Positions 24,348 through 26,407 of a stretch of 26,407 bases of DNA are shown here, piece by piece. The stretch's first letter is position 1, and each line of letters opens with the position of its first letter. The translations under genes and the position numbers were made by a program. A model generated the notes under the pieces. That model saw only the letters and a program-made list of their open reading frames with translations. It was not told where the DNA came from and did not search any database. Origin of the DNA: a virus (Duplodnaviria > Caudoviricetes); IMG/VR virus record IMGVR_UViG_3300042997_000157, positions 1 through 26,407 of that record. The stretch is one strand, 5' to 3'.

Positions 24348-25098
24348 CGTCCTTCTCCTTAGTCCAAGTAACTATTTCCCAACGACCATCGTAGTGTTCT
24401 ACTAGTGCCGTACAGCTTTCAACCCAGTCACCGTCATTCATATAGACTACACCATCAATAGTTTTTATTTCTGCGTGATGTATATGGCCGCAGATTACAC
24501 CATCGAATCCACGCTTCTTACAGTAACCAGCTAGGTTCTTTTCAAACTGGAACATAAAGTCTATGGCTTTTTTTACTTTGTATTTAAGGTATTTACTAAG
24601 ACTAAAGTACCCAAAACCAAAACGATGACGTATCCAATTGAATTTGCTATTAAGCGATAAAATGAAATCATATGCTTTGTCTCCTAAAAAACTTATCCAC
24701 GGGGCTAATCTTGTTATACCATCAAACAAGTCACCGTGTGTAACCAAATAATGTTTACCGTCAGCACCTATGTGTTCTATTTGATTGTGTATCTCTACTA
24801 GACCAAAACTAAAACCATAAGGTATCATTGGTCTTAAGAATTCATCGTGGTTACCTGCTATATAAACAACTCTAGTACCACGCTTTGCGTGTCCTAACAC
24901 TCTACGAACAACATTGGTATGACTTTGTTTCCATCGCCACTTGTTTTGCTGTATACGCCAAGCATCAATAATATCACCTACTAGATATAGTGTATCACAA
25001 CTGTTGTGCTTTAAGAAATTATTGAGTTTATCAGCCTGGCTATCTTTGGTACCAAGATGAACATCGCTGACAAAGATTGAACGATATGTTTTATTCAT
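24232..25098 (-). CDS. plcP: PlcP-type metallophosphoesterase (intracellular phospholipase C; family often annotated LpxH2/UDP-2,3-diacylglucosamine hydrolase)
   Basis: SDVHLG, GDIIDAW, W-x-W-x-QSH-x-x-VV, GNHDEFLR, HGD-x-FD, SLSKYLK-x-KVK-x-A, CGHIH, YMNDGDWVESCTALVEH-x-DG. No signal peptide. Directly downstream of pstS. Confidence 0.8.
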   Translation of the reverse strand: MNKTYRSIFVSDVHLGTKDSQADKLNNFLKHNSCDTLYLVGDIIDAWRIQQNKWRWKQSHTNVVRRVLGHAKRGTRVVYIAGNHDEFLRPMIPYGFSFGLVEIHNQIEHIGADGKHYLVTHGDLFDGITRLAPWISFLGDKAYDFILSLNSKFNWIRHRFGFGYFSLSKYLKYKVKKAIDFMFQFEKNLAGYCKKRGFDGVICGHIHHAEIKTIDGVVYMNDGDWVESCTALVEHYDGRWEIVTWTKEKDDVDTDNISSSYKRLKRRAGTSGTDVPRSTDLPIGIKYN

Positions 25099-25157
25099 AA
25101 TGGTAAATTAAAAGTGCTGGTTACGAGTTCCAGCGCCACTCTATCGTTGTGGTCGAT

Positions 25158-26165
25158 TTATTTAATCTGTGTCCAAACACGTTCACGGATCTGTTTTGTT
25201 AGACTGTCCGGTAATGACACATAGTCTAAGTCTGCGGCGTCTTTCTTGCCATTCTTAAATGCCCAGTCAAAGAACTTTAATACTTCATCACTATTGGCTT
25301 TGCTCTTTGGCTCTTTGTACATAATGATGAAACTGGCAGAACTGACAGGCCATGCATTGGGGTTCTTTTGATCCACAATGCTGAGTCCCATACCAGGAAT
25401 ACTGAACCAATCAGCACCATCTGCCGCGGCAGCAAATGTTAAATCATCTGGACTAACAAACTTACCTGACTTGTTTTGTAATTGTAGGAATGTCATGTTG
25501 TTCTTTTTAACATAAGCATACTCTACATATCCAATTGAACCTTTAATACGATTCACGTTTGCCGCAACACCTTCGTTACCCTTGCCACCTACTGAACTAG
25601 CAGCCGGCCATTTGATTGTAGCACCACGACCTGCACGTTGTAGCCACTCTGGACTTACAGTAGCAAGATAGTCTGTCCAGTTAAATGTTGTACCACTACC
25701 ATCAGCACGATGTACAACGGTGATTTCTGCGTCAGGTAGTTTCTTACCTGGATTCAATGCTACCAACTTAGGATCATTCCATCTAGCAATAGTACCCATG
25801 AATACTTCTGCCATAACTGGCCCTGTGATGCGTAGTTCACCTGGTTTGAAACCATCTAAGTTAATAACAGGAACTGTTCCGCCAATGATAGCAGGGAATT
25901 GAACTTGACCCTGTTTGTCTAGGTTGTCGCCTGATACCGGGGCATCTGTTGCACCAAAATCAACTGTCTTTGCGTTGATTTGACGAATGCCACCTGATGA
26001 GCCGATTGACTGATAGTTCATACCAGTACCAGTGGCCTTTTTATATCCTTCTGCCCATTTGGCATAGATTGGGAATGGGAATGTAGCGCCTGCCCCTGTT
26101 ATGTCTGCGCCAACTGCGACTGTTGATATTAACAATGCACCTAATAATGCTGTTAGTTTTTTCAT
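25158..26165 (-). CDS. pstS: Phosphate ABC transporter periplasmic binding protein
   Basis: Start moved to ATG 26165 (AAGGAG RBS). Sec signal, TGAGATFP, YQSIGSSGG, DFGATD, HRADGSGTT, GKGNEGV, IGYVEYAY. Confidence 0.97.
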   Translation of the reverse strand: MKKLTALLGALLISTVAVGADITGAGATFPFPIYAKWAEGYKKATGTGMNYQSIGSSGGIRQINAKTVDFGATDAPVSGDNLDKQGQVQFPAIIGGTVPVINLDGFKPGELRITGPVMAEVFMGTIARWNDPKLVALNPGKKLPDAEITVVHRADGSGTTFNWTDYLATVSPEWLQRAGRGATIKWPAASSVGGKGNEGVAANVNRIKGSIGYVEYAYVKKNNMTFLQLQNKSGKFVSPDDLTFAAAADGADWFSIPGMGLSIVDQKNPNAWPVSSASFIIMYKEPKSKANSDEVLKFFDWAFKNGKKDAADLDYVSLPDSLTKQIRERVWTQIK

Positions 26166-26216
26166 GTAATAGTCTCCTTGTGTGTTAGTATTACACAAGT
26201 ATTTACTTTAGGAATT

Positions 26217-26234
26217 GTGACAGTACGATGACAA
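26217..26234 (-). promoter_or_regulatory. Pho box (PhoB site) upstream of pstS
   Basis: TTGTCAT-CGTA-CTGTCAC: two 7-bp direct repeats spaced by 4 bp, matching CTGTCAT-N4-CTGTCA(C/T). Confidence 0.85.
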
Positions 26235-26246
26235 TTGCGTGAAATC

Positions 26247-26273
26247 AAAAAGGAAGGGGCACCTAAGTGCCCC
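26247..26273 (-). terminator. Intrinsic terminator of the tmRNA gene
   Basis: GGGGCAC-TTAG-GTGCCCC-TTCCTTTTT. Confidence 0.8.
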
Positions 26274-26407
26274 ATCTGATTTTCTGTTACGAGGTATGTC
26301 TTACCCTAAGCTGCCTTTATCAGGCTGCTAATGCGAACTGTGAGTCGTTTGCGGTTACTTTGTTTTGCTTCTTCGACCGAGTAGAGCGTCTTTCTGTACT
26401 ATGGGTA
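26274..26407 (-). ncRNA. ssrA: tmRNA, mRNA-like (tag-coding) portion, 5' part outside the window; probably permuted two-piece type
   Basis: AAAGTAACC-GCA resume context, frame 26352-26323 encodes ANDSQFALAA then TGA TAA, stop codons lie in a hairpin loop (GCCT-GATAA-AGGC), no start codon or RBS. Confidence 0.88.

Noticed and set aside
24232-25098. Lipid A biosynthesis enzyme LpxH
   Set aside because: It has GNHD rather than the GNRD of E. coli-type LpxH, PlcP-like flanking motifs and a Pho/pstS context. Disfavoured, not excluded without an assay.
49-25902. Plus-strand ORFs in the track (e.g. 1936..2493, 22732..23196, 18740..19048) and nested minus-strand alternates (1237..1545, 13815..14219)
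   Set aside because: They lie antisense to, or inside, well-supported genes, show no recognisable motifs and have the composition expected of shadow frames.
26166-26198. Longer N-termini given by the ORF track for pstS (and for the ORFs starting at 327, 3401, 7910, 8890, 12171 and 16823)
   Set aside because: Downstream ATGs fit better with an RBS, promoter position, signal peptide or ATGA coupling.
25120-26293. The same 8-mer CTCGTAAC in the pstS-plcP hairpin loop (25120-25127) and the tmRNA 3' segment (26286-26293)
   Set aside because: An 8-nt same-strand match is expected by chance in 26 kb and offers no pairing mechanism.
1-26407. Stop-codon reassignment as in some large phages
   Set aside because: Genes are full length in code 11, and TAA, TGA and TAG all end genes at sensible positions.

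Overview
A segment of a large T4-like dsDNA phage genome. Every credible gene is on the minus strand and the standard code 11 is used. The porin, PstS and tmRNA tag point to a betaproteobacterial (Burkholderiales-like) host (inference). In transcription order (right to left) the window holds: (1) the coding part of a tmRNA (tag ANDSQFALAA) that ends in a terminator with no tRNA-like 3' end, so it is probably a permuted two-piece tmRNA; (2) a Pho-box-led cassette, pstS - plcP-type metallophosphoesterase - overlapping 56-aa ORF - GT2 glycosyltransferase, which looks like a phage-encoded phosphate-starvation lipid-remodelling module and is the top finding; (3) a DUF4214/S-layer-like gene behind a perfect CRP-type palindrome, then a Gram-negative porin; (4) an early region with repeated TTGACA(A/T)TAAAT promoters and a MoxR-like AAA ATPase plus a metallopeptidase-VWA partner; (5) small hypotheticals and an FG-GAP lipoprotein; (6) thyA - epimerase - DegT aminotransferase - three radical SAM genes; (7) two-component spanins; (8) late genes: gp9/10-like N-terminus, two paralogous putative internal head proteins, a methyltransferase, large terminase and an acidic virion-like protein; (9) gp32 SSB and the start of a UvsX/RecA-like gene. 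Several genes look leaderless. All family calls come from recognising motifs by eye; no database searches were run.
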